This document shows, piece after piece, positions 35,750-55,100 of a stretch of DNA of 64,000 nt. Position numbers and translations under genes: made by a program. Source of the stretch: Scyliorhinus canicula (Eukaryota); NCBI RefSeq assembly GCF_902713615.1, contig NC_052163.1:84741721-84805720 (forward strand), read 5' to 3'. Position 1 is the stretch's first letter; every line of letters begins with the position of its first letter. Under the pieces are notes generated by a model, which was not told the origin of the DNA, did not search any database, and saw nothing but the letters and a program-made list of their open reading frames with translations.

Positions 35750-38320
35750 TTTCCCCGATTCCCTTTGACTCTCCCAGAAAATCGAGGAACGGCTGCCACC
35801 TCCGAGAGAACCCCGCCATGGACCCTCTATGGAAAACTTTATTTTCTCGAGACTGAGAAACCCAGCCATGTCACTAACCCAGGTCTCTACACTCGGGGGT
35901 TTCAAGTCCCTCCACATTAAAAGGATCAGTCCCCGGGCTACCAGGGAGACGAAGGCCAGAACGTCGGCCTTTTTCACTTCCTGAACTCCCAGATCATATG
36001 ACACACCAAAGATCGCGATCTCTGGACTCAGCACCACCCGTGTGTCCAAGATGCCTCAGCAAATACCCGCCAGAATCCCTCAAGAGCTGGGCATGCCCAA
36101 AACATATTGACATAATTGGCAGGGATTCCCGCACACCTCGCGCATTTATCCTCAACCCAGAGAGCTTGCTCATCCTGGTTGCCGTCATGTGTGCCCGGTG
36201 GACCACCTTAAACTGGATTAAGCTACGCCTGGCACATGATGAGGAATTGACCCTATTTAGGGCGCCCTCCCACAGGCCCGCATCCAGCTCCCCACCTGGC
36301 TCCTCCTCACATTTGCCCTTAGGCTCCTCCACTGGGGCTTCCTCCGCCTCCTGAAGTTCCCGGTAGATGTCCGAAACCTTCCCCTCCCCTACCCAGGTGC
36401 CGGAGAGCACCCTATCCTGTATCCTGCGTGGGAGTAGCAGCGGAAATGATATCACCTGTTTTTTCAGAAAGGCGCGTACCTGAAGGTACCTGAATGCATT
36501 TCCAGGAGGCAAACTGAATTTCTCCTCCAGCTCTTTCAGGCTGGGAAAGGTCCCATCTATGAACAGGTCCCCCATCCTTTTAATGCCTGCCCTGTGACAG
36601 CTTTGAAACATTCCGTCTACCTTGTCCGGGACAAATCTGTGATTATTGTGTATTGGGGTCCAGACTAAGACTCCCTCCACCCCCCTGTGCCTTCTCCACT
36701 GACCCCAGATCTTTAATGCCACCAACACCACCGGACTAGAGGAGTAGCGGGCCGGCGAGAACAGCAGAGATGCCATTACAAGTGCCGCATGGCCGGTACC
36801 TTTACATGAGGCCGCCTCTAACCGCTCCCACATCGACCCTGCCCCCAATACCCATTTCCTAATTGTGGCTAGGTTAGCCACCCAACAGTAGCTGCAAAAG
36901 TTCGGCAGCACCAGCCCCCCCCCCCCCCCGGACTGCGCTCCAGGTACAGTCTCTTTACTCGCGGGGTCTTATTTGCCCATGAGTCCCGAGATGATCCTGT
37001 TCACCCGCTTAAAGGACTTAGGGATGAAGTTGGGAAGGCACTGGAAGGCAAACAGAAATCGGGGGGGGGGAACTGTCATCTTAACGGTCTGCACCCTCCC
37101 CGCTAGAGATAGTGGGAGCATGTCCCACCTTTTGAAGTCCCCTCCATCTGCTCTACCAGCCGAGATAGATGAAGCTTGTGGAGGGCATCCCACTTTCATG
37201 CCACCTGTATCCCTAGGTACTGAAAGCTCTTCTCGACCAATTTCAGCGGAAGCTCTCCCAGTCCCTTTTCCTGCCCCTTCACTTGGATCACGAACATCTC
37301 GCTTTTCTTCTCGTTTAGTTTGTACCCCGAGAAATTGCCAAAGTCCTTAAGAATGTGCATGACCTCCCCCATCCCCTCTAGTGGGTCTGAAATGTACAGC
37401 AGATCTTCCGTCTAAAGAGAAACCCGATGCTCCTCCCCCCCCAAACCAACCTCCACCAGTTCTTTGAAGTCCGCAGCGTTATAGCCAGCGGCTCTATCGC
37501 AAGGGCGAATAATAACGGGGGGGGGGGGGGGGGGGGGGGCACCCCTGCCTCGTCCCCCGGAGGAGCCTAAAGTATTCCGACCTCATCCTGTTTGTGCGCA
37601 CACTTGCCACAGGGGCCTGGACCCAACCTATGAACACCTCACCGAATCCAAACCTTCTTAACGCTTCCCACAGGTACTCCCATTCCACCCGGTCAACGGT
37701 TTTCGCCACATCCATTGCCGTCACCACTTCTGCCTCCCCTCCCTCTGAGGGCATCATGATGATGTTTAGGAGCCTCCGCACATTAGAGTTCAATTGCCTG
37801 ACCTTGACGAAGCCTGTCTGGTCCTCCCCTATCACCCCAAGGACGCAATCCTCAATCCTAGCGGCTAAGATCTTGGCCAGCAGTTTGGGGTCTACGTTCA
37901 GGAGCAATATCGGTCTACAAGATACAAACTGTAGCGGATCTTTCTCTCGTTTGAGTGTAAGTGAAATCGAAGCCTATGACATTGTTGTAGGGAGGGTGCC
38001 TCTCTTTGGTCTCATTAAAGGTCCTTAGCAGGAGTGGGCACAGCAGTTCCGAAAATTTCTTGTAGAATTCTAGAGTAGCCGTCCGGACCCAGGGCTTTGC
38101 CCGACATGTCCCCTAAGCCCTTTACCATCTCCTCCAGCTCTATCGGGGCCCCCAGTCCCTCCACCAGATCCTCTTCCACCTTTGGGAACCTGTTGGTCCA
38201 TAAATTGCTTCATCACTCCCCCCCCCCCCCCCCCCCACCGGGCAGGGGCTCTGACTCATACAACTTACCTTAAAACACCCTGAAGACTTTGTTCACCCCC
38301 TCTGGAGTTAGGAGGGTTTG
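35750..38320 (-). mobile_element. L1-clade LINE ORF2, degraded
   Basis: LLNVDPKLLAKILAARIE, DQTGFVK, GTRQGCP, FKRWDMLPLSLAGRVQ, YCWVAN, HMTATR. Confidence 0.88.
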
Positions 38321-38321
38321 T

Positions 38322-40580
38322 GGAAAAGATAGGTATAGTGGACCTGTGGCGTTTTAGGAACCATGGGGAAAGGGAGTACTCTTTTTTTTCTCCCATGTTT
38401 ACATGGTGAACTCAAGAATCAGCCTTTTTGTGGTGATCGGGAGGAGTGGAAGGGGCAGAATACTTTCGGACCATCACCCCACTGGCTGAAAGTTCGGCTT
38501 AGATTGGGACGGGAGCAGAGGCCGGGGTGGAGCCTCGATTCGGGGTTGTTGGCAGACGGTTCTATGATAAGGTGCAGTCAGTGATTAAAGATTATGTACA
38601 GTTGAACCAGAACGGGAAGGTGGCGGTGGCCACATTTTGGGAGGCACTGATGGCAGTGGTCCAGGGAGAGATTAATTTGTTCGAGGCACATGAGGGTAGG
38701 AAAAGGAAGGAGGAGTATAGACGAACAAGATAGTTGAGGTAGATGGGAAGTATTCAAGGGAGTACACCGCGGACGGATTGGTGAGGAGGAAACGGTCTCA
38801 GGGGCATTAGAGAAGGGGGAGCTGCTGTAGACAATGACGCAATCATCACAGATACCAAAGAAGGGGAACGATCCGTTGGAATGTGGATCAATTGTCCTAT
38901 ATCGCTGTTGAATACGGACATGAAAGTTATGGCTAAGTTGGTGGCGGGGAGGATGGAAGTTGTGTCCCGGAAGTGGTCATGGTTACCAGAGAGGTTTCAT
39001 AAAGGGCAGACAGCTCTCTAATAATAAAAGGAAGGTGTTAACTGTGATTATGACTCCACCGAGGTCAGGTACCGGAGTTAGGGGTGTCCATGGACGGGGA
39101 GGTATTTGACCAGGTGAAGTGGCAGCATTTGCTCGAGGTCCTGGAAAGGTTTCGGTCTGGGATGAAGTTTGTGGCGTGTGTGCCTGTTATACGTGGCACC
39201 TGTGACGAGTGTACTGTTTGCGTTAGCTAAAGAACCTCTGGCAATGGCACCTAGGGAGTCGGCAGAATGGCAAGGGATTACGAGGGGGGAGTAGGGAGCA
39301 TCAGGTGTTGCTATATGCAGACGACCTGTTACTGTACTTGTCGGATCCGCTGGAGGATCATGGGTCTGTTGAAGTTGTTACAGAGACAGAGGCAGAAGGG
39401 GGGGCTGGCGTTGCAAAACCTGCTGCACTATGTGGCAAATGTAGAGGTGAGGCGGTGGTGGGGAGGAGACGGGTCAAAATGGGTCAGGATGGAGGAAGAA
39501 TCCTGTCGAGGGTCCAGTGGTACAGTCGACAGTGAAAGTCTGGAACAGCTGAGGCATTTTAGGGTAGAGGGGATGTCGGTGTTGACACCGTTGTGCAAAA
39601 TCCATATATACGGGTAGCTGGGAGAGCAGGGAGGTGAGCAGGTGGTGAAGATTAAGGAGAAGTGGGATGGGGAGCGGATATAAATTGAGACGGGTAAAGT
39701 AAGGCACTACGAAGGCTAAACCTGACCTCCTCGTGTGCAAGAATGATCCTGATACAGTTTAAGGTGGTACATAGGGTGCACATGACTCGGGCAAAAATGA
39801 GTGGGTTCTTCCAGGGAGTGCGAGAAGTGTGGGCGGGGACCAGAAAACCATGCACATTATGTTCTTGGGTTGCAAGAAGTTGGAGAGATTTGGGCCGGGA
39901 GTATTTGTGGCACTAAAGACAGCGGGGGAGGAGGTTGGGCCAGATCCATTGATGGCGATATTTGGGACGTCGGAGAAGCTGGAGCTGATTGAGGGGAGGA
40001 AGGCTGATGTTTTGGCCTTCACCTCTCTGAGCGGCCAGCGAAGAATCCTATTGGAACGGTGGTCAGCAACACCACAGGGGGTGGCGGTCTGGCTGGGAGA
40101 CTTGACTTTCTCCATTTGGAGAGGATCGAATACAAACTGAGAGGCTCAGCAGAGGGCTTTGAGGCAAGGTAGAAGATGTTTGTGGCCATGTTTGAGGAAT
40201 TCAGGGCAGCACGGTGGCACAGTGGGTTAGCACTGCAGTCTCACGGCGCTGAGGTCCCAGGTTCGATCCCGGCTCTGGGTCACTGTCCGTGTGGAGTTTG
40301 CACATTCTCCCCGTGTTTGTGTGGGTTTCGCCCCCACAGCCCAAAGATGTGCAAGGTAGGTGGATTGAACACGCTAAATTGCCCCTTAATTGGAAAAAAT
40401 TAATTGGGTACTCTTAAATTTTTTTTTAATTTAATAAAATGTTTGAGGAATTCTTCGTCAGGGCGGCAGGGGTAGGAAATCTTGTACAAACTGCATATTT
40501 GTGTGTTGGGGAGTGTGTTCCCCGGACTGTTTATGTTTTGTAACCATTTGCATAAGTTTGGAATAAAATACATTAAAAAA
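38322..40580 (+). mobile_element. Heavily deleted L1 ORF2 with nested SINE
   Basis: Endonuclease DLWRFRN remnant, LLYADDLLLY, HIMFLGC, AATAAAA tail. Confidence 0.75.
40203..40438 (+). mobile_element. Short V-type SINE
   Basis: 15-bp TSD ATGTTTGAGGAATTC. Confidence 0.88.
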
Positions 40581-40723
40581 TATATATATTAATTCAGCTC
40601 CCGCAGTATATCACAGATGATACACTGATCATTCTTCAGAGTTGGCTAAACTTTTTTAGCTGATTTAGGAGTCTAGACACAAACCAAGCACAGGGAGGCA
40701 AGGAAATGTTTCCAAACCATAGC

Positions 40724-40729
40724 TTTATT
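40724..40729 (-). terminator. rpl37: rpl37 polyadenylation signal AATAAA
   Basis: About 24 nt after the stop codon. Confidence 0.85.
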
Positions 40730-40752
40730 TGTTGTGCAGATACACTGGTAGT

Positions 40753-48214
<7,462 letters not shown>

Positions 48215-48241
<27 letters not shown>

Positions 48242-48292
48242 TTTCACTGCGCGCCGGAGAGACCGGAAGTGGGCCCTCTCTCCCTTCTTATA
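48215..48292 (-). promoter_or_regulatory. rpl37: Ribosomal-protein promoter: TATA-like, ETS/GABP, TCT initiator, YY1-like
   Basis: TATAAG 48287-48292 (about -31), CTTCCGG 48263-48269, TCTCTCC initiator near 48261, AAGATGG just inside intron 1. Confidence 0.75.
48239..48261 (-). CDS. rpl37: rpl37 exon 1 (5'TOP UTR plus ATG)
   Basis: CTCTCCGGCGCGCAGTGAAAATG|GTGAGT; ATG-only first coding exon, as in mammalian RPL37. Confidence 0.9.
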
Positions 48293-49388
48293 CCTTGACA
48301 CCGGAACTAGTTCATTTCTATTGTTAACCTTTGCTGAATTCCGGTTTCAAATCTGGCACAACCCGACAGTGAACGATAGTTCCTACCTATTCATTTTTCT
48401 GACTGAAATTCGTCGGGTTTTGCAAGTGTGGTTGGCCTTGCAGAATAATTTTTAATACACGAGAGATAGGATTGGAAACTTCAAAATGCACCAAATGCAA
48501 CACTTGTTTCTGAATTGTTAAATTTCTGATTTCCGCAGTTGAGATGAAAGGTCAGCGACCCGAAAAGCATTAATTTTTTTCTCTGACAGATGCTGCCTGA
48601 ATTTATTGCATTTTCTCTTTTTATTTTTGTCCTAAATCCAGCAAATGTGCGTAATATCATGAAATTATGGATCAGAGCTAGGAGGAGGCCATTCGGCCCA
48701 TCTTGCCCATGCCAGCTCATCGAAAGACCTGGGGCGGGATTCTCCGGGGCCCCAGCGGTGCGCTGTTCACTGGCGATGGGATTCTCTTCTCCCGCCCCTT
48801 GTCAATGGGATTTTCCATTGAAGCCACCCCACGCAGCAGGGAAATCCGCTCTGCCAAAGAGAATCCCACGCACGGAGAATTTGGTCCCTGTTCCGTTAAT
48901 CATTCCTCTGTTCATTTCCCTCAGTCCTGCAAATGTTTTGCACTTCAAACATTTAACCAATCACTTTTGAAGGTTAGCCTTGTGTCGGCTTCCATCGCCC
49001 TTTCAAGCGGCGCATTCCAGGCCATAACAACTGGCTGAGTTGAAAAATCTCATCACACCTCTGGTTGTGTTCCCAATTGCCTTAATATGACACTCTTTGA
49101 TTACCAACATTTTTGCCACTAGTAATAGTTTCCCTTAATCATTCTATCATATTCTAAATGGAGCATAACTTCCTGACTCACCAGGGTAAGATTTTTTGGG
49201 GGGGTGGGTTGCCTCAATGGGCAACTCTTGGAAGTTCCCACCTGGATTTATTTCTAGACAATTGCGTTAGGCTGCTAACCACACAAGAACATGATTTTAA
49301 TCGCTAACCTTGGATGGTTCTGTAACTTTTACTCTCATAGTTAGGTGAAAAAAAAAGACTAAATTTAGAGTAACTATTTTAACTATTT

Positions 49389-49734
49389 GGGCAGCACGGT
49401 AGCATTGTGGATAGCACAAATGCTTCACAGCTCCAGGGTCCCAGGTTCGATCCCCGGCTTGGGTCACTGTCTGTGTGGAGTCTGCACGTTCTCCCCGTGT
49501 GTGCGTGGGTTTCCTCCGGGTGCTCCGGTTTCCTCCCACAGTCCAAAGATGTGCAGGTTAGGTGAATTGGCCATGATAAATTGCCTTCAGGGTCCAAATT
49601 GCCCTTAGTGTTAGGTGGGGTTACTGGGTTATGGGGATAGGGTGGAGGTATGGGCTTGGGTAGGGTGCTCTTTCCAAGAGCCGGTGCAGACTCGATGGGC
49701 CGAATGGCCTCCTTCTGCACTGTAAATTCTATGA
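49389..49734 (+). mobile_element. HE1/V-type SINE
   Basis: Full length with ATTCTATG tail. Confidence 0.9.
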
Positions 49735-51907
49735 AACACCCAGATCAGGCCCCAGATGGGACCCAACACCCCAACTCCCCAGGGAACACCCCCCTCAAAA
49801 TCAACCTCCCCCAAAACCAGGAACTCCACCTCCCACACCAGGCAGACCCCACAACATCAACCCCCCCCAAAACCAGGAAACCCCCCACAAAACCAGGAAC
49901 CCTCCCCTTAAAACCAGACAGGCCCCAAACATCAACCCCCCCCAAACCTGGAACCCCACCTCACAAACCAGGCATACATCCCAACATCAACCCACCCCAT
50001 CAAGGTACCCCACCACCCAAAACTACGCCCCCCAACATCCAGCCCCCGCAAACCAGGCACCCCCACCTCCCAAACCAGGTACCGCCCCCCCACCCACATC
50101 AACCTGAGAAAACCAGGCACGCACCCCCCCCCACATCAACTCCCCAAAGCCAGGCACCGCCCCCCCACATCCACCCCCGAAAAACAGGCCCCCACCCACA
50201 TCAACCCCCCAAAACCAGCCCCCCCCCCAACATCCACCCCCAAAAACCAGGCACCCCCCAACATCCACCCCCAAAAACCAGGCACCCCCCAACATCCACC
50301 CCCAAAAACCAGGCACCCCCCAACATCCACCCCCAAAAACCAGGCACCCCCCCAACATCAACCCCACAAAACTAGGTACCGCCCGCCCAACATCAACCCT
50401 ACAAAACTAGGTACTGCCCCCCCCAACATCCAACCCCGAAAACCAGGCATTGCCCCCCCACACCAACCCCCAAAAACCAAGCACCGCCCCCCCCACTTTA
50501 ACCCCCAAAAACCAGGCACCGCCCCCCCCCCCCCCCACATCCACCCCCGAAAACCAGGCATCACCCCCCCCCAACATCAACTCCACAAAACCAGGCACCG
50601 CCCGCCCAACATAGGACCTGCCAGGCCGGCAACCCGCCCCGAACCCAACATTGAACACGCTCCAAACCAGACTTGCCCCCCCAACATTGACCCCTCCCCA
50701 ATCAGGCTCCCCCACCCTGCCAATCAAGCATCCTCCAATCAAGCACCCCACACTCCCTGATCCAAGCACCTCCCCCATCAACCCCCCCACCAAGCACTAC
50801 CCCCCATTAACCTCCCCGACCAAGCTCTACCCCCCATCAACCCCCCCACCAAGCACTACCCCCCATTAACCTCCCCGACCAAACACTACCCCCATCAACC
50901 CCTCCGACCAAGCACAACCCCCTCATCAACACCCCTGACCAAGCACAACACCCCCGACCAAGCACAACACCCCATCAACACCCCCGACCAAGCACAACCC
51001 CCCCATCAACCCCCTGACCAAGCATCCACCAATCAAGCACCCCACACTCCCCGAACCAAGCCCTACCACCCTCATCAACCCCCCCCCCCACACCAAGCAC
51101 CACTTCCCCATCAACACATCAACATCCCCCCCCACCAAGCACCACTTCCCCATCAACCTTGCCAACCCACCACCATCCCCCCCAAAGAACCCCCCAACAT
51201 TTACTCCCCCCAAACAGACAACTCCCTCAGCATAGACATCCCCCATCCAACTAGGCACCCTCCCCCCACCCCCAAAATCGACCAACCCCCCCCCCCCCCC
51301 CGGGCCATGCACGCCCCAACCATTGACCCCCCCCCCAGACATGCCCCCAATATTGTCCCCCCCCCCAGACCAGGCACAGCCCCAACAGTGACCCCCCCCC
51401 AATGCAAAGCAACACCCCTCACCAACATCAACACGCCGGAGCAGGCACCACCGCTCAAACCAGCATCCTCCTTTGAACTAGGCACCCCCAATAACATGGA
51501 CCCCCTCAGATCAGACACCCCCACCAGACACCGCATCCCCCCCCCTCACAAGACACCACCACCCGCCAACAAAGCACCACAGTTCCCCCCACAAGGCAGC
51601 ACCCCTCCAAAAAGGCAATTTCCCTAAACAGGCCCCACCCCGTGCCATCGACACCCCCCCCCCCCAGTCAGGCTCCTGCCCCCAATCAGGCACCACTCCC
51701 CCCATTATCGAGCTCTCAACGAACCAGGCACCTTCCCCCGCAAATAGGCACACCCCCGTCATCAAGCACCTCCCCAACCAAGCATCCCCCCACACCGCAA
51801 CCAAGTACCCCTCCACAACCAAGCACCCTGACCCCAACCAAGCACCCCCTAACTTGCTCCCACAGTCAACCCCAACAGTAACCCCTAAATCAAGCACCTC
51901 ACCCCCG

Positions 51908-51947
<40 letters not shown>
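49735..51947. repeat. 2.2-kb C/A-rich compound minisatellite
   Basis: About 30-bp CAACATCCACCCCCAAAAACCAGGCACCCCC units, then CCAAGCACYACCCCCCATCAACCCC units, ending in poly(C). Confidence 0.88.
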
Positions 51948-51951
<4 letters not shown>

Positions 51952-52918
51952 ATTAAACAGCCTTCTCAACTTCACTTGCATCCTTCAAAGATTACTTCCT
52001 CCACCGTCCAATTGAATTCTATCATCGCGTTCATATTTCCTCTTCCTGTTCTTCCTTTCAAAATGAATCACTTCCCACTGCTCCATATTAAATCTAACCT
52101 GTCCTGTGTGTACACATTTTCAGTCTATGCCCTCCTGAAGTCTGGTGCTATCTTTCTAACCGTTTGCTACATTTCTTAGTAACGGAACATTGCCTGTTAC
52201 AATATAAGTGACTAATAACAACAACTTATATTTATCAAGCACATTCAACAAAGTAACATGTCTCAAGGTCTTCACAGAAATCTGAAGCCATGTGGATTTC
52301 CGGACACACAGAGAGTTCGAGGAAATGTCTTGAAGGAGGAGAAAAAGCTCGAGCAGTCAGGTTTAGGGAAGAAATGCAGAATTGTAAATCTTTGCGACTG
52401 AAAGCACGGCCACCAATGGTGGAATAAGAAGAGATGCTAAAGAGACCAGGATTACTGGAGGACAGTTATCTAGGTAGGTTGTGGGGTTGGAAATTGTTAT
52501 AGTGACAGAGAAGGGGAAGATCTGAAAACAACTGTGAGAATTGTAGGTAATAACCTATTTTTACATATGTGCACATAAATCTCCTGCCAACCTTCTTTAT
52601 CAAGCTCCATCAAAATATCTTTCTAATCCTTTCTCCCTCATCTACCTCCCCCTTAAATATACCTGTGCTAATTGCCTCAACTATTCCCAGTGTTTTCAAG
52701 CTCCACATTCTAACCACTCTATTTGGTTAAGTTAGTTGAGTAGTTTTTCCTGACATCTTTATTGGAGTAACTGTAGTATTTTGCTTTAATTTTAGTCTTT
52801 ATTGGAGTGATGAGTGACTATCTATCGACTGTCCCTACTTTTAAACTCACCACACGTGAGACATTTTCTCTGCATCACTGCTATTAAACTCCTTTCTAAT
52901 CTTAAAGACCTCTATCTG

Positions 52919-53143
52919 GGTGGCGGCATGGTGGTGCAGTGGCTAGCACTGCTGCCTCACGGCGGCGAAGACCTGGGTTCAATCTCAGCCCCGAGTCACT
53001 GTCCGTGTGGAGTTTGCACATTCCCCCTGTGTCTGCGTGGGTCTCACCCCTACAACCCAAAGGTGTGCAGAGTAGATGGATTGGCCATGTTAAATTGCCC
53101 CTAAATTGGAAAAAGAGAATTGGGTATTCTAAATTTATTTTTT
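52919..53143 (+). mobile_element. Short V-type SINE
   Basis: A and B boxes, central domain; TSD-like AAAGAC(C)TCTA(T/C)CTGG. Confidence 0.85.
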
Positions 53144-53549
53144 AAAAGACTCTACCTGGTCAACTCAGCTTTTGATTTGAATCAAGCCCCAGATTGTTCA
53201 ATTTTACCTAGTTTTGGGGCATGATTTAAGAAAAAAGCAGAATCCCGTTTGGGGCAGGTTTAGCAGGGCATTCACCGACACTTGTAGCACCGGGAACAAC
53301 CCAGTAATTGAACCAGACTCTTGCAGGCCTCGGCAGGGCCCACTTTTCTTGATTTCCTGCAGTGAAAAGCTCCACTCTCTCCATTCCCAACATGACCCCC
53401 GAACCCTCCCTACTGCCCCAAAGTACCATTTGGGGGGTCCTTGAGCCCCCCCCCCCCTCCCCCACTCTGCAACCCACCCTCGTAAGGGTAGGTCAGTCCC
53501 GGGCCCAATTCCTGGTGCGGGCAAAATGCCACCTTGGCAATAACAGCCT

Positions 53550-54380
53550 TGATGAGACCATCAATTCACGCGACACATGGTTAGAAGTGAACAGTGGTTT
53601 TAATCGTCTTACGACAGAGCCTGCTTGTGACAAGATGAACTCCAGATGAACTAGCAGGCAGGCTCTCAGCATCAACCTTTATACTTCCGGTTAAGGCTTT
53701 TAAGTCTCTGAGGAATTCTTCTAGCGATTCTGTAGGGCGCTGGCGGCGAGTAGTAAAAACGTGGTGCGCGTAGACCTCATTGATAGGCCTCACGTACATT
53801 CTATCGAGTAGGGCCAGGGCCTCTGTATATGAGCCGGTACAGTTTAGCTGAGTAGATATACGATGACTCACCCTCGCGTGCAGTAGACTGAGTTTCTGCT
53901 CCTCTGTCGTTTCTGGGGTGCTTGCTTCAGCCAGGTAGGCCTTAAAACATCGGAGCCAGTGCGAAAAGATGTCTTTCGCCTCTGCATCCTGCGGGTCGAG
54001 TTCCAGTCGATTAGGCTTGAGGGCTGATTCCATGGTCATTCCTTACTGTTTCTTAAGACGATTAAATTGATGAGACCATCAATTCACGCGACACGTGGTT
54101 AGAAGTGAACAGTGGTTTTAATCGTCTTACAACAGAGCCTGCCTATGACAAGATGAACTCCAGATGAACTGGCAGGCAGGCTCTCAGCATCAACCTTTAT
54201 ACTTCCGGTTAAGGGGAGGAGCCATGGGTGGAGCCAAGGGTGGAGCCCAGTACAAACTCCCGTACACTCCCAGTGCATCTCCCCCTAGTGGCAGAGCAGC
54301 GCAACTGCTCGTGTGCCAAGCTTACCGAGACATAGTACATGTGTAATACAGTGTGAATTACGCTACTGTGATTCACCACA
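53550..54380 (-). mobile_element. Internally deleted Gypsy element (5' LTR 54068-54380, gag start, partial 3' LTR 53550-53696)
   Basis: Perfect 5-bp TSD AGCCT; gag MESALKPNRLELDPQDAEAKDIFSHWLRCF..RRQRPTESLEEFLRDLK; LTR copies differ at 5 of about 147 bp. Confidence 0.92.
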
Positions 54381-54899
54381 AGCCTGTACGGCCGTTAGAT
54401 CATGTTCATAACCTCTCTCTGTCTCACCCCAGAATGAATGTTAAGTGAGGATGGAATCAGCAGACCTGTATTGTTCTTCATGATGGAGAAGTCGCCAACA
54501 CTCGGTGCCCTGATTCACATGCGATCAAAGTGGAGTTGGGTTATTCCTGGATGTCAGTGGAATTGTATCCCAGCAGGAAGAGAGAACATTTTACCTTTAT
54601 CTTCCATACTTTACTGAATAGTGTTCAATATATTAATGATGGGTGGATGTATTGGAGCGGAGGGTAATTAGCATAGGGTTCTTGAGTATTCCATTGTAGG
54701 ATAAAAAAGCTAACATTAAAAGAATAAAGAAAACCAGTCAGCAGATCAAAGGTGACATGACTGAGGATTATCACCTGCAATGCTGTGTTGTTAAATTCAA
54801 TTTGAATCCGCCAGAATCCTGCTCCCAGTCACATACCTCTTCAAACAAGTTCGGGGTGCGATCTATCGATGCAAAGAGACTGGTACTCTCGCGAGATCT

Positions 54900-55100
54900 A
54901 TTTTAAAAAAATACATTTCATTCAGGCATTTTCATAAAAACAAACCAAAGCAGAAGAAAAATCTTACAACATTATAAATAACCAATTTCCACATCCCCTC
55001 CTGCTCCCCACCATTGCCTCCATCTCCCATCCTGCCATCCACATTTTAACCCCCTTGCCCCCCTCACCCCCTTTGCAGACCCCACAATCATCGTTAAAGC
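54900..55100 (-). mobile_element. L1 3' end fragment
   Basis: G-rich UTR and T/A tail like other L1 copies. Confidence 0.5.

Noticed and set aside
35750-40580. Twin-primed (5'-inverted) single L1
   Set aside because: Both arms have their own RT and 3' end, so they are two independent head-to-head copies
49650-51981. Pro-rich and Gly-rich ORFs of 100-240 aa
   Set aside because: Translations of the C-rich minisatellite; no splice or domain evidence
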